Shown here one piece after another: positions 51,904 to 60,565 of a DNA stretch of 64,000 nucleotides (position 1 is its first letter; every line of letters begins with the position of its first letter). The notes under the pieces are model-generated. The model was not told where the DNA came from, ran no database searches, and was given only the letters and a program-made list of their open reading frames with translations. The translations under genes were made by a program, and so were the position numbers. This DNA comes from Candidatus Zhuqueibacterota bacterium (GTDB taxonomy: Bacteria > Zhuqueibacterota > Zhuqueibacteria > Oceanimicrobiales > Oceanimicrobiaceae), in NCBI GenBank assembly GCA_029262005.1, contig JAJDAG010000017.1, positions 13,473 to 77,472 of the forward strand, in the 5' to 3' direction.

Positions 51904-52515
51904 TTATGTCGGGGGCGCCAGCAGCGTCTTAAGACGGTGGTATGCTTCCGACAAATAATTGCGTACGACTTGGGGTCTTACGCTCATAATCTCGGCGATT
52001 TCTTTATAGGTTAGATTGTCATTCATCTTAAGATAAAGCGCCTCCCGCATCCGCGCCGGAATCTTTTTAAATGCAGACCGAAGCCTTTTCTGTTCAAATG
52101 TTTCCTGCTCTGCAAATATCATCAAATCTTCCAGTGTAAACACGTTGTCAACTTGTTCCACCGTAAACTCTTGATGAGCTGTTTCTTGCCGCCGTTGCTT
52201 GCTAAGGGTATTCAACAAACGGCGGCGCAATGAAACAAGCAGATAGGCTTTAATTGAATCCACCGATGAAAGATTTCTTCGTTTTTCCCAAATATATAAA
52301 AACAGTTCCTGGATAGCGTCTTTTACTAACTCTTCTTCTCTGGCCAGTTTTACGCCATAGTCGAATAGGTAAGAATAATAGGCTCGAAACAAAGACTCCA
52401 AAGCCTGAGCATCGCCTTTTTTTAACCGCGCCCAAACTTGACGCTCCTTTTGAATTCGCTCAAGCTTATCGGACGACTCTAAAGAATTTGAAATAGATAC
52501 GTTATTATTTTTCAA
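51904..52515 (-). CDS. ECF sigma-70 factor controlling the PUL
   Basis: Region 2 (YYSYLFDYGVKLAREEELVKDAIQELFLYIW) and region 4 HTH (LTYKEIAEIMSVRPQVVRNYLSEAYHRLK). Confidence 0.85.
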   Translation of the reverse strand: MKNNNVSISNSLESSDKLERIQKERQVWARLKKGDAQALESLFRAYYSYLFDYGVKLAREEELVKDAIQELFLYIWEKRRNLSSVDSIKAYLLVSLRRRLLNTLSKQRRQETAHQEFTVEQVDNVFTLEDLMIFAEQETFEQKRLRSAFKKIPARMREALYLKMNDNLTYKEIAEIMSVRPQVVRNYLSEAYHRLKTLLAPPT

Positions 52516-52559
52516 TTAGAAGAAGCATTTTGTTAGCGCACGATGCAAACTCAATTAAC

Positions 52560-52712
52560 CTAATTAATTCTTAAAAAGTGACAGACGGAGGCAAACTCCA
52601 CAGCGTGACCCACTTCAGTAAAAAGGTCGGCCGTGCCTCTGAGGCTTACATCGCAGTCATCGGGGTGTGCACCAATCATAATGACTCGAATTTGTCCATC
52701 AACCGAACCGTT
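52560..52712 (-). pseudogene. Truncated N-terminal fragment of a PIG-L/LmbE deacetylase (gene remnant, about 45 codons)
   Basis: The minus strand translates to NINGSVDGQIRVIMIGAHPDDCDVSLRGTADLFTEVGHAVEFASVCHFLRIN then stop. Residues 1-44 are homologous to GGKLRIIAIGAHPDDCDAKFGGTAALFAEMGHAVKFVSV in the intact gene at 43649..44557. Homology then stops abruptly with a stop after 5 unrelated codons, and there is an in-frame stop immediately upstream. Confidence 0.5.
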
Positions 52713-53024
52713 TATATTTTAAGCGAGTGCTAAAGTAATGTTGCATAGCGTTATTATAGTAGACGTTTCATTTGGGTTCTCCCGCGTTTAGGCTGTTGCT
52801 AGCGCGGCTTAGGATGTTGCAAAAAAGACTTATACAGAATAAAAGAAAGCTGGAAGAAAAAGTCAAATTCTATTTCGGCTAAGAAATGAAGCCTTCAGGG
52901 CGGTATCTATGCAGTGAGGATTTTTGAGTACCAGTCTTGCACCATTTTTCAGACAGTGTTAACTGTTGTAATATCTATTGTGAACCGCCGGAAAGCACTC
53001 GTCAGGGTAGAGCCGTAAATTCTG

Positions 53025-53597
53025 TTATCGGTCACAAATTTCGCTAAAATTCCTCAAAATTTTCTTGCCTTCATCAGTCAAAATTGATTCCGGATGAAAC
53101 TGCAGCCCAAACAAATCCATGCTTGTGTGCTGCAGCGCCATGATTGTTGCATCATCGGTTTCAGCAGTGACAACAAAGTCCGCCGGCAAACTTACCCGGT
53201 CTACGGTGAGTGAGTGGTAGCGGGTCGCTTTAAACGGTGACGGAACATGCTTAAATAATCTGCTGCCGTCATGTGAAATCATTGAAGTTTTGCCGTGCAT
53301 TAGCCTGGGTGCCGGAACAACCAAACCGGCGAAGGCATAAGCCAGGGCTTGATGACCGAGACAAACGCCCAGAATTGGTTGCCTACCGGCGGTCTCTTTA
53401 ATTAGCTGCACAGAGATCCCGGCATCTTCCGGACGCCCCGGTCCCGGCGACACAACAATTCCGGCCGGCGCCAGTTTTTTTACCTGTCCAACTTCAATTT
53501 CATCGTTGCGGCATACGTACAATTCAGCGCCAAGCTCCCCGAGATATTGCACCAGGTTGTAAGTAAACGAGTCATAATTATCGATAACTAAAATCAT
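53025..53597 (-). CDS. trpG: Anthranilate synthase component II (glutamine amidotransferase)
   Basis: MILVIDNYDSFTYNLVQYLGELG with the GATase triad context GVCLGHQ and HPES. 20-nt overlap with the upstream trpE remnant. Confidence 0.85.
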   Translation of the reverse strand: MILVIDNYDSFTYNLVQYLGELGAELYVCRNDEIEVGQVKKLAPAGIVVSPGPGRPEDAGISVQLIKETAGRQPILGVCLGHQALAYAFAGLVVPAPRLMHGKTSMISHDGSRLFKHVPSPFKATRYHSLTVDRVSLPADFVVTAETDDATIMALQHTSMDLFGLQFHPESILTDEGKKILRNFSEICDR

Positions 53598-54150
53598 TGA
53601 AGCCCCTTTTCGGCAAAATCAATCGCCGCGCCCGCAACGCAGCAGATTTATGTAATGTTTCGTCAAATTCTCGTCCGGGAACAGAGTCGGCCACAATGCC
53701 GGCCCCTGCTTGAGAATAAGCGCAATCCCCCTTGGTGACAATCGTGCGAATGGCAATACAAGTGTCCAGGTTTCCAGAAAAATCGAGATAGCCAAGCGCA
53801 CCACCGGCAAACCTTGGCAAACCATCGAACCTTGCGACTTTGTAGCGGGAAAAGCGCGCGCTTAAGTGTTCAAAAATATTGCCATGCATTTGACTGTGCC
53901 GACCGTTTTCCCTAACATCAAGAACATTTCGAGTGCAACGAATAGATGCAAACGGGCTGCACCCGAGAAAGGAGAAGCGTGCTGTTTTTTCACCACCCTC
54001 CACATTCTCAAACAAAAACACCTCGGAAGAAAGTGTTTGCAAGCATTGACATACAGAAACCGGGGTTAGCATATCAGCAAGGCAGGTGGTATAAACAGGG
54101 ATTACGTTTGCCTGTTTGGCAGCGTCAGTGAATTCATCAAAACTGGTCAT
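53578..54150 (-). pseudogene. trpE: Anthranilate synthase component I (TrpE) carrying an in-frame internal deletion of the catalytic core. This 190-aa mini-TrpE is probably non-functional.
   Basis: Residues 1-127 match the TrpE N-terminal regulatory region up to the LPRFAGGALGY motif (FDEF..NVIPVY..LADMLTPVS...FLFENVEGGEKTARFSFLG). The next residues, LDFSGNLDTCIAIRTIVTKGDCAYSQAGAGIVADSVPGREFDETLHKSAALRA, match the last ~60 aa of TrpE. They align with the C-terminal GGAVGYFTAHGDLDTCIVIR block, so about 320 aa between the two GGAxGY motifs are missing. Confidence 0.6.
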
Positions 54151-54160
54151 GGTCGGCCCT

Positions 54161-54196
54161 AAAAAAACCCACTACATTTATTTATGCAGTGGGTTT
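54161..54196 (-). terminator. Rho-independent terminator / attenuator hairpin 10 nt upstream of the trpE start
   Basis: Minus-strand RNA AAACCCACUGC-AUAAAUAAAU-GUAGUGGGUUUUUUU. 8-bp stem with one G.U pair, 10-nt loop, 7 U. Confidence 0.55.
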
Positions 54197-54231
54197 GAGT
54201 TGGTGTAGAAGATATTTTATTTGATAATCAT

Positions 54232-54315
54232 CTATTCGAAACTGAACACTTCTTTCCCATTATTGACTGGCCACCAAGACCCAAAAAAACGAGCTGTGGG
54301 AAAATAAGCGTTCAT
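54232..54315 (-). CDS. trpL: Candidate trp leader peptide (27 aa) with tandem Trp codons
   Basis: Minus-strand ORF verified codon by codon: MNAYFPTARFFGSWWPVNNGKEVFSFE. The UGG-UGG pair is at 54276..54271. The stop lies 32 nt before the terminator hairpin. Confidence 0.5.
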   Translation of the reverse strand: MNAYFPTARFFGSWWPVNNGKEVFSFE

Positions 54316-54520
54316 TCTTGCCTAGCTATTTGATTAGTTAATGAGTTGCAAATATAAAGTAAAAATATTAAACGTCAAGTGTTTTGTGTCGGAGGGAAAA
54401 TTCTGCTCTATGTCGGTAACCGTTCAGTCCTGCAACTGCTTTCACCGTCTCAATTGCGGCGTAACTGTATATGAGTTACTCGGAAGCTGTTGGCTTATTG
54501 ACAAAAAAGTCAATATGAAA

Positions 54521-56638
54521 CTATTTTGTCAGCACCACCTTTTTAACTGCGGTGAATTCCTTTCCTGCCTGCAACCTGACAAAATAACTGCCGCTGGCGT
54601 AACCCGTTGCATCCCAAACGAGCCTGTGCCACCCTTCAGGCTGTTTGTTGTTGAGGAGAACCGCAACTCTTTGTCCGCGCACATTATAGATTTCCAGCAG
54701 CACATGTGTCGCCTTTTGCAGTGAATACTCAATTTGCGTGGTCGGGTTAAATGGATTCGGGTAATTCTGCCTCAGAGCAAAATCCTTGATCAACGAATTA
54801 TCGCTTGCAGTCTCTTCAACTGCGCTCACCACATTGCCGGTGAACATTTGCACACCAGGACCGGCATCGCCATAGCCGGCAAAAATTTTTGTGGCATCAT
54901 CTGAAATAATAACACTCATGGTACTGATTAAGTAAGGATGGTAAGGATTCGGCATTTCACCGGGTTGAGAATGTTCCCAGAGCAAATTTCCGTTGACATC
55001 CCAAAGCATGGTTTTAAATGGCGCATCGGTAGCGGCGCCGCCCACAGCAATGTATTTTCCATCAGGCGTCATATCAATGGCATTATGGCCACCATTTTCA
55101 TCAACGGCGCGCTTCCAAAGCAGATTGCCGTCACCATCGTACAGTCGCACAACACCGTTGTGACTGAGCGCGGCAATGCGTGAAGCATCGCTGCTCATAT
55201 CTGCATCGGTAAGGATTGGAATAAAATGACGCCATTGCCAGTTGCCCTGCCAGTCGTAGCAAGTTAACTGATTGCCTTTATCTGCTGATATAATTTTACT
55301 ATTGTCCGAAGTTATGCCAATTAGGTAAGGGGCAATGCCACCTATATTTCGTTCCCACACGAAATTTCCATTTACATCTAGAAGCACCAGTGAACTTCCG
55401 CCGCCGATGGCGACATGCGAATTGTCCTGACTAAATTTGATGCCGCGCCAGTGTACATCGTAAAAGGGGAATTGCCAAAGGATGTTGCCTGTGGCAGCAT
55501 CTACCATTCTAAATGGCGCAACTTCATAGGCTACAAAGTCCCCACTGTTTGATATGTTTATTTCACGAATCTGATCATGTGGATTAAGACGATGCTCCCA
55601 AACTTCCTCGCCGTTTGCCCCAATTGCAACGATTTGTCCGCCATCTGTACCCACTACCACGAGGGAACCGTCCTTCCTAATGTCCATGCCCCAAGCCTGC
55701 TCATTAACCGAAAAATTCCAAATCCTTGTTCCAGTTGTGGTAAAAAGGCGAACATGGGTCGAGTCCAGAGGCGTGTCCCACTCATCCGGGTGTTTGCCGA
55801 GGCAAACCGCTAAATGATTCCAGTCTTGAGAGGGAATTACATGCCAAACACCCGGCCGCTGTAGTGGCTCATACCAGGCTGGGATAAAGTTTGCCTGTGC
55901 TGCCAGTGGTTTTAAGTTTGCTTCAACCGTAAGTCCCGTCTGTCCAGCTTCAGGTGCAAGGGGATCGAGGATGGCGCTCTCATATCCTGGGCAATGCACC
56001 TCAAGCCTGTAACCAAGCCAGCCTTTTTCATGTGCATCTGAAATGGCTTTTAGTGAATCAAACTGCATCACCGAATATCGAAAATCCCCACTTGGTTCTA
56101 TCTGCATATTTTCTTTATGTGCCCCGACCCAGACAACACTGCGGGCCCGGTCCAGGCGTAGCCCGGTAGATGCATCACGAACAGTTACACGGATTTCAAA
56201 AGAATTTGCAGGACCTGCGGGTGCATAACTACCAAAATGTTGCAATTGCACAGTTTTTACAATTTTGTTTAAGGTGTCTTTGTCAGAGTAAAATTCGCAA
56301 TCAAGGGTATGTTGTGGGTACGTGCCCTTGTTCAACCCGCTGAGAATAACCGCTTTTGCTTCCTCACCGGGTTCGAGATGAATATAAGTGGGGCCATGCA
56401 AGTCAAACCACCCAGTCTGCGGTGTTAAGTTTACATTCACAAGCACATGCTCCGTATCGGTGCCGGTATTCGTCAAAGTAGCTGTGATTGCCGTTGACCG
56501 GTCGAACGGTTCAACTTGAGAAAAAGTGCTTGAATCAAAAACAACTGTGAAATTTTGCGCCACAGCGTTGGTTGCTGTGTACATAGAAAGCGATAGGATG
56601 ACGATAAGAAAACCATATTTGTGTCGCATAGGTAGCAT
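54521..56638 (-). CDS. Secreted PQQ-like/WD40-like beta-propeller protein with a T9SS C-terminal sorting domain
   Basis: Signal peptide MRHKYGFLIVILSLSMYTATNAVA. Repeated beta-propeller blades (GEEVWEHRL, GNILWQFPF, GNFVWERNIGG, GNWQWRHF, GNLLWKRAV, GNLLWEH). C-terminal ALRQNYPNPFNPTTQIEYSL...SGSYFVRLQAG T9SS CTD signature. Confidence 0.7.
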   Translation of the reverse strand: MLPMRHKYGFLIVILSLSMYTATNAVAQNFTVVFDSSTFSQVEPFDRSTAITATLTNTGTDTEHVLVNVNLTPQTGWFDLHGPTYIHLEPGEEAKAVILSGLNKGTYPQHTLDCEFYSDKDTLNKIVKTVQLQHFGSYAPAGPANSFEIRVTVRDASTGLRLDRARSVVWVGAHKENMQIEPSGDFRYSVMQFDSLKAISDAHEKGWLGYRLEVHCPGYESAILDPLAPEAGQTGLTVEANLKPLAAQANFIPAWYEPLQRPGVWHVIPSQDWNHLAVCLGKHPDEWDTPLDSTHVRLFTTTGTRIWNFSVNEQAWGMDIRKDGSLVVVGTDGGQIVAIGANGEEVWEHRLNPHDQIREINISNSGDFVAYEVAPFRMVDAATGNILWQFPFYDVHWRGIKFSQDNSHVAIGGGSSLVLLDVNGNFVWERNIGGIAPYLIGITSDNSKIISADKGNQLTCYDWQGNWQWRHFIPILTDADMSSDASRIAALSHNGVVRLYDGDGNLLWKRAVDENGGHNAIDMTPDGKYIAVGGAATDAPFKTMLWDVNGNLLWEHSQPGEMPNPYHPYLISTMSVIISDDATKIFAGYGDAGPGVQMFTGNVVSAVEETASDNSLIKDFALRQNYPNPFNPTTQIEYSLQKATHVLLEIYNVRGQRVAVLLNNKQPEGWHRLVWDATGYASGSYFVRLQAGKEFTAVKKVVLTK

Positions 56639-56786
56639 CCGAATATGACAAAAGAATCTGTTTTCATATCAATTATCGTCAGATATGGCAATATATGAAT
56701 ACGTCAACTGCAAAGCAGTTGTAATTCAAGAAATAAAGGCCTATTATCCAAGAGCAAATAAATCGCAGCTTTAGCTTGCGGGCTTA

Positions 56787-58304
56787 ATGGCTGTTAAAAT
56801 TAATATTTTCGAAATAAGAATAGAGAATACATTGAAAGAATCCACCAACTCCCCCGATGAACAGCAAAAAAAACATTTACCTGAAATTTCTTTAGAAGGC
56901 TTGCCAGAGAGTTTACGCAAAGCCGTGGCACGCACAAACTGGAATGCACTCATGCCTGTTCAAGCTCAGGCAATCCCCTATCTTCTCGCTTCCCGCGATG
57001 TGATGATACAGGCACGAACTGGTAGCGGTAAAACAGGGGCTTTCCTCTTGCCACTGCTTGAGCGCCTCGACCCGGATAAACCGCACTGTCAGGCACTCAT
57101 TCTTGTTCCCACGCGCGAGCTTGCACAACAAGTGTGGACTGAAGCCCAAACACTCTGCGGCGAAAAAGGCCTCCGATCTGTTGCAGTATATGGAGGGGTT
57201 GGCTACAAGCCGCAAGTTGACGCCCTCAAGGGGGGCGCTCATATTGTCATTGGAACGCCTGGCCGTGTGCTCGATCATTTGCTCAAGCGCACTTTTGCGC
57301 TCAAAAACATCAGATTGCTGATCTTCGACGAGGCAGATCGTATGTTATCGATGGGTTTTTACCCGGACATGAGAAAAATGCAAACACACTTACCGAAACG
57401 TGCGATCAACACCTGCATGTTTTCAGCCACGTTTCCAAGCTATGTTATGCGGACGGCTCAAGAGTTTCTTCATGACGAAGAATTTCTTTCTCTTAGTGGG
57501 GAAGAGGTTCATGTCTCCGACACCGAGCATATCGCTTATACTGTTCCCGGCATGGACCGGGAGCGCAGCCTTGTGCGTTTAATTGAAATGGAAAACCCCG
57601 CATCTGCCATAATATTCTGTAATATGAAAGACACGGTACATTACGTGGCAGTTGTTCTGCAACGATTCGGCTATGACGCAGATGAGCTGACTTCTAATCT
57701 TTCGCAGAAGGCTCGTGAGCATGTTTTGCAACGTGTCCGCAAAGGAACACTGCGTTTTTTGGTTGCAACGGATGTGGCAGCACGTGGCCTCGACATTCCA
57801 GATCTATCTCATGTTTTTCAGTATGAACCGCCTGAGGATCCTGAAAGTTACATCCACAGGGCCGGAAGAACAGGCAGGGCAGGCGCCAGTGGGGTTGCCA
57901 TTTCACTTGCTACAAATATAGAAATGTCTGCTCTTGAGCGCATTGCAAAGCGTTACAGTATCGATTTGCAGGAACGACCGCTGCCCACAGTTGAAGATGT
58001 TGAGGCTATTGTTACCGAACGTTTGACAATCTTACTTGAGGCGCGCCTGCGTGAGCGTGATAAACTTCAGACCGAACGCAGCCTGCGATTTATGCCGCTC
58101 GCACGCACGTTGATCGAAAATGCCGATGAGTCCGCCATCATTGCGATGCTGCTGGATGATTACTATCAGGAAGTTCTGCATGCGCCTCTCATTCAACCTG
58201 ATGCCCCGCCACCAATTCAAAAGGAATATATTCAAGAACGCAGCAAGGACAATCAAAAAAGACCAGGCCATCGCCGCGGAAAACCCAGGCCAAGGAATCG
58301 ATGA
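56787..58304 (+). CDS. DEAD-box ATP-dependent RNA helicase with a basic C-terminal tail
   Basis: Q-motif, Walker A ARTGSGKTGAF, PTRELA, DEAD box LIFDEADRM, SAT, HRAGRTGRAG, basic C-terminal extension. It is the only convincing plus-strand gene. Confidence 0.9.
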   Translation: MAVKINIFEIRIENTLKESTNSPDEQQKKHLPEISLEGLPESLRKAVARTNWNALMPVQAQAIPYLLASRDVMIQARTGSGKTGAFLLPLLERLDPDKPHCQALILVPTRELAQQVWTEAQTLCGEKGLRSVAVYGGVGYKPQVDALKGGAHIVIGTPGRVLDHLLKRTFALKNIRLLIFDEADRMLSMGFYPDMRKMQTHLPKRAINTCMFSATFPSYVMRTAQEFLHDEEFLSLSGEEVHVSDTEHIAYTVPGMDRERSLVRLIEMENPASAIIFCNMKDTVHYVAVVLQRFGYDADELTSNLSQKAREHVLQRVRKGTLRFLVATDVAARGLDIPDLSHVFQYEPPEDPESYIHRAGRTGRAGASGVAISLATNIEMSALERIAKRYSIDLQERPLPTVEDVEAIVTERLTILLEARLRERDKLQTERSLRFMPLARTLIENADESAIIAMLLDDYYQEVLHAPLIQPDAPPPIQKEYIQERSKDNQKRPGHRRGKPRPRNR

Positions 58305-58531
58305 AGTCAGCGTGGATATCCTGCCGTTGTTCAACAAAATTCCGCCGCACAAAAGCCTGAGAATAAACACTCCTTTTCAGTAGGTGCCGTAAGAGAAATA
58401 AACCGGTTGAAGAATTGTGGACTTAGCTGGTAATATTAGCTGCTAAGATTTTTCTCAGCATCAATTTTTTTGCCTGATTCAGCATAAATAATGTGGGCAG
58501 CAAGGCACTCCAGACTTGGGGGCCAAACAGG

Positions 58532-60358
58532 CTAGTGCCGCTTAAACCGCCTGTCCAATTCATCCAGTGAAACATGAATGAGCACAGGTCGTCCATGCGG
58601 GCAGAAATAAGGTTCTCTCGTTGAAAAAAGCTGGTCGATTAAGCCATTCATTTCATCCAGACTCAGCGGATCACCAGCGCGTATGGCTGAATGGCAGGCA
58701 AAAGATGCTGCCACATTTTCGCGTATTTCGGTACGATCGTTTTTCCCGCGCTTGTACTCATCCAATATTTGCAGTAAAATTCGTTCGTCGTCTTTTATCT
58801 TGACATCCGTTGGAACGCCTTCCACAACGACTGTGTTTTTACCAAAGGCCTTAACCACAAAACCAACATTTTCGAGGAAAGGAATCATTTCCAGCAGGAT
58901 GGAATAATCTTGCTGTGAAAGTTCAATGATTTGCGGAAATAACAATTGTTGCGAAGAAGGTTTTCGCGTTTCAAAACTGTCAAGCGCCCGCTCATAGAGA
59001 ATACGTTCATGTGCGACGTGCTGGTCGATAACAATAAGGCCATTTTTGATTTGCGAGATGATGTATTTTTTGTGGACTTGCCAAACATTGAGCCGCTCAA
59101 ATGATGCATCAACTGTCCGATTCGCAGCAGTTTGTACGGACGCTGGCATTGAAGCTGAACCATCGCCCTCCACGCCAGTAGATGTACTTTCGGCCTTTAG
59201 AAAACGGCCATCCGGCCAGCCAGGCAAAGGTGCCCGGCCAGGCTCAAAAGAGAGTTGACTAGCAGCAGCCTCACGCCCTGAGTTTATCGAGCTGGGGCTC
59301 ATAGACTCAGCCTTGTGAAAACTTTCTCCTGCAGCAGTCCATGGTGAAATTTCCGGAATGACGTGGTGTGACGTGAGCGCCCTTTTGACAGCACCGCGTA
59401 CTGAACTGAAAATCAGTGCATCATTAGCAAATTTTATTTCCATTTTGGTAGGATGCACGTTCACATCAACCTGACTTGTGTCCATTTCGATATTTACGAT
59501 ATAAATTGGATAAGAACCGCGTGGCAGGATTTCGCCAAACGCTGCAACTACTGCATAATTCAAGTTCTTGCTTGTGAAAAATCTGCGATTAAAATACATG
59601 TATTGGTCGCCGCGTGACCGACGCACAACATCCTGATTGCCCACAAACCCTGTTATCTTGACAGGGCCATCGTTTTCAATTTCGATCATATTTTTGCGTA
59701 TGCGTGCGCCCAGCACAGAACCAATTCTTGACTCGTGCGATTCGCTCGTCAGCTCATACACTACCTGATCCTCGTTCACAAGCGTAAATGCAATTTCGGG
59801 GTAAGCCAGACAGAAACGACTCATAACAGTGAGAATTTGACGATATTCCGCATTGACACTCTTTAAAAATTTTCGGCGTGCCGGTGTGTTAAAAAACAAA
59901 TTTTTCACCGCAATGGATGTTCCGGGCCGACCGGCACTGGCAGTCACGCTATTCATGACTCCGCCCTCAATACGCAAACTGTGGCCTGAAGACTCGCCTT
60001 GAAGAACCGATCGTGTGTCCACTTGTGCTACGGAAGCAATACTGGCAAGCGCTTCACCTCTAAATCCCAGTGTACTGACATTAGCAAGGTCATCAAATAC
60101 GGCTATTTTACTCGTTGCATGCCGCTGAAATGCTAAAACCAAATCCGGCTCGGTCATGCCGCCACCGTTATCAACAACCTGCAACAATGCTTTACCGCCC
60201 TCGCGCATAATCACCGTAATATCATCCGCGCCTGAATCAATGGAATTTTCGACCAATTCCTTAACGACCGAAGCCGGCCTGTCAACGACCTCCCCTGCGG
60301 CAATTTTGTTCGTCAAATTTTCAGGTAGAATTCGGATTTTGTTTAGGCTGGCTGTCAT
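58532..60358 (-). CDS. mutL: DNA mismatch repair protein MutL
   Basis: GHKL ATPase N-terminus (IRILPENLTNKIAAGEVVDRPASVVKELVENSIDSGA, DNGGGM, GFRGEALASI). C-terminal dimerisation/endonuclease domain with CPHGRP. Confidence 0.9.
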   Translation of the reverse strand: MTASLNKIRILPENLTNKIAAGEVVDRPASVVKELVENSIDSGADDITVIMREGGKALLQVVDNGGGMTEPDLVLAFQRHATSKIAVFDDLANVSTLGFRGEALASIASVAQVDTRSVLQGESSGHSLRIEGGVMNSVTASAGRPGTSIAVKNLFFNTPARRKFLKSVNAEYRQILTVMSRFCLAYPEIAFTLVNEDQVVYELTSESHESRIGSVLGARIRKNMIEIENDGPVKITGFVGNQDVVRRSRGDQYMYFNRRFFTSKNLNYAVVAAFGEILPRGSYPIYIVNIEMDTSQVDVNVHPTKMEIKFANDALIFSSVRGAVKRALTSHHVIPEISPWTAAGESFHKAESMSPSSINSGREAAASQLSFEPGRAPLPGWPDGRFLKAESTSTGVEGDGSASMPASVQTAANRTVDASFERLNVWQVHKKYIISQIKNGLIVIDQHVAHERILYERALDSFETRKPSSQQLLFPQIIELSQQDYSILLEMIPFLENVGFVVKAFGKNTVVVEGVPTDVKIKDDERILLQILDEYKRGKNDRTEIRENVAASFACHSAIRAGDPLSLDEMNGLIDQLFSTREPYFCPHGRPVLIHVSLDELDRRFKRH

Positions 60359-60565
60359 TCGTCAATCTGCTCTCATCTTTCTGTTTTGCATATTTTGTTG
60401 AATTCGGAGTGGTACCCTGCAAGCATAAATGTAAACATAATAAATCTTAACATGAGTTCCAATTTATTAATTTGCAGGAAAGAAAGTGGTGAGACTTTGT
60501 GGCGTAAAACCGGCAAAATTTTATGGAGAAAGTTCTCTAAAAACCGCTATCGAACTATGGGAAGG

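Noticed and set aside
53578-54150. Alternative reading of the truncated component-I gene as pabB (aminodeoxychorismate synthase)
   Set aside because: The upstream leader peptide with tandem Trp codons and an attenuator hairpin argues for trp regulation rather than folate biosynthesis. The component-II partner could still serve both pathways, so the pabB reading is not excluded.
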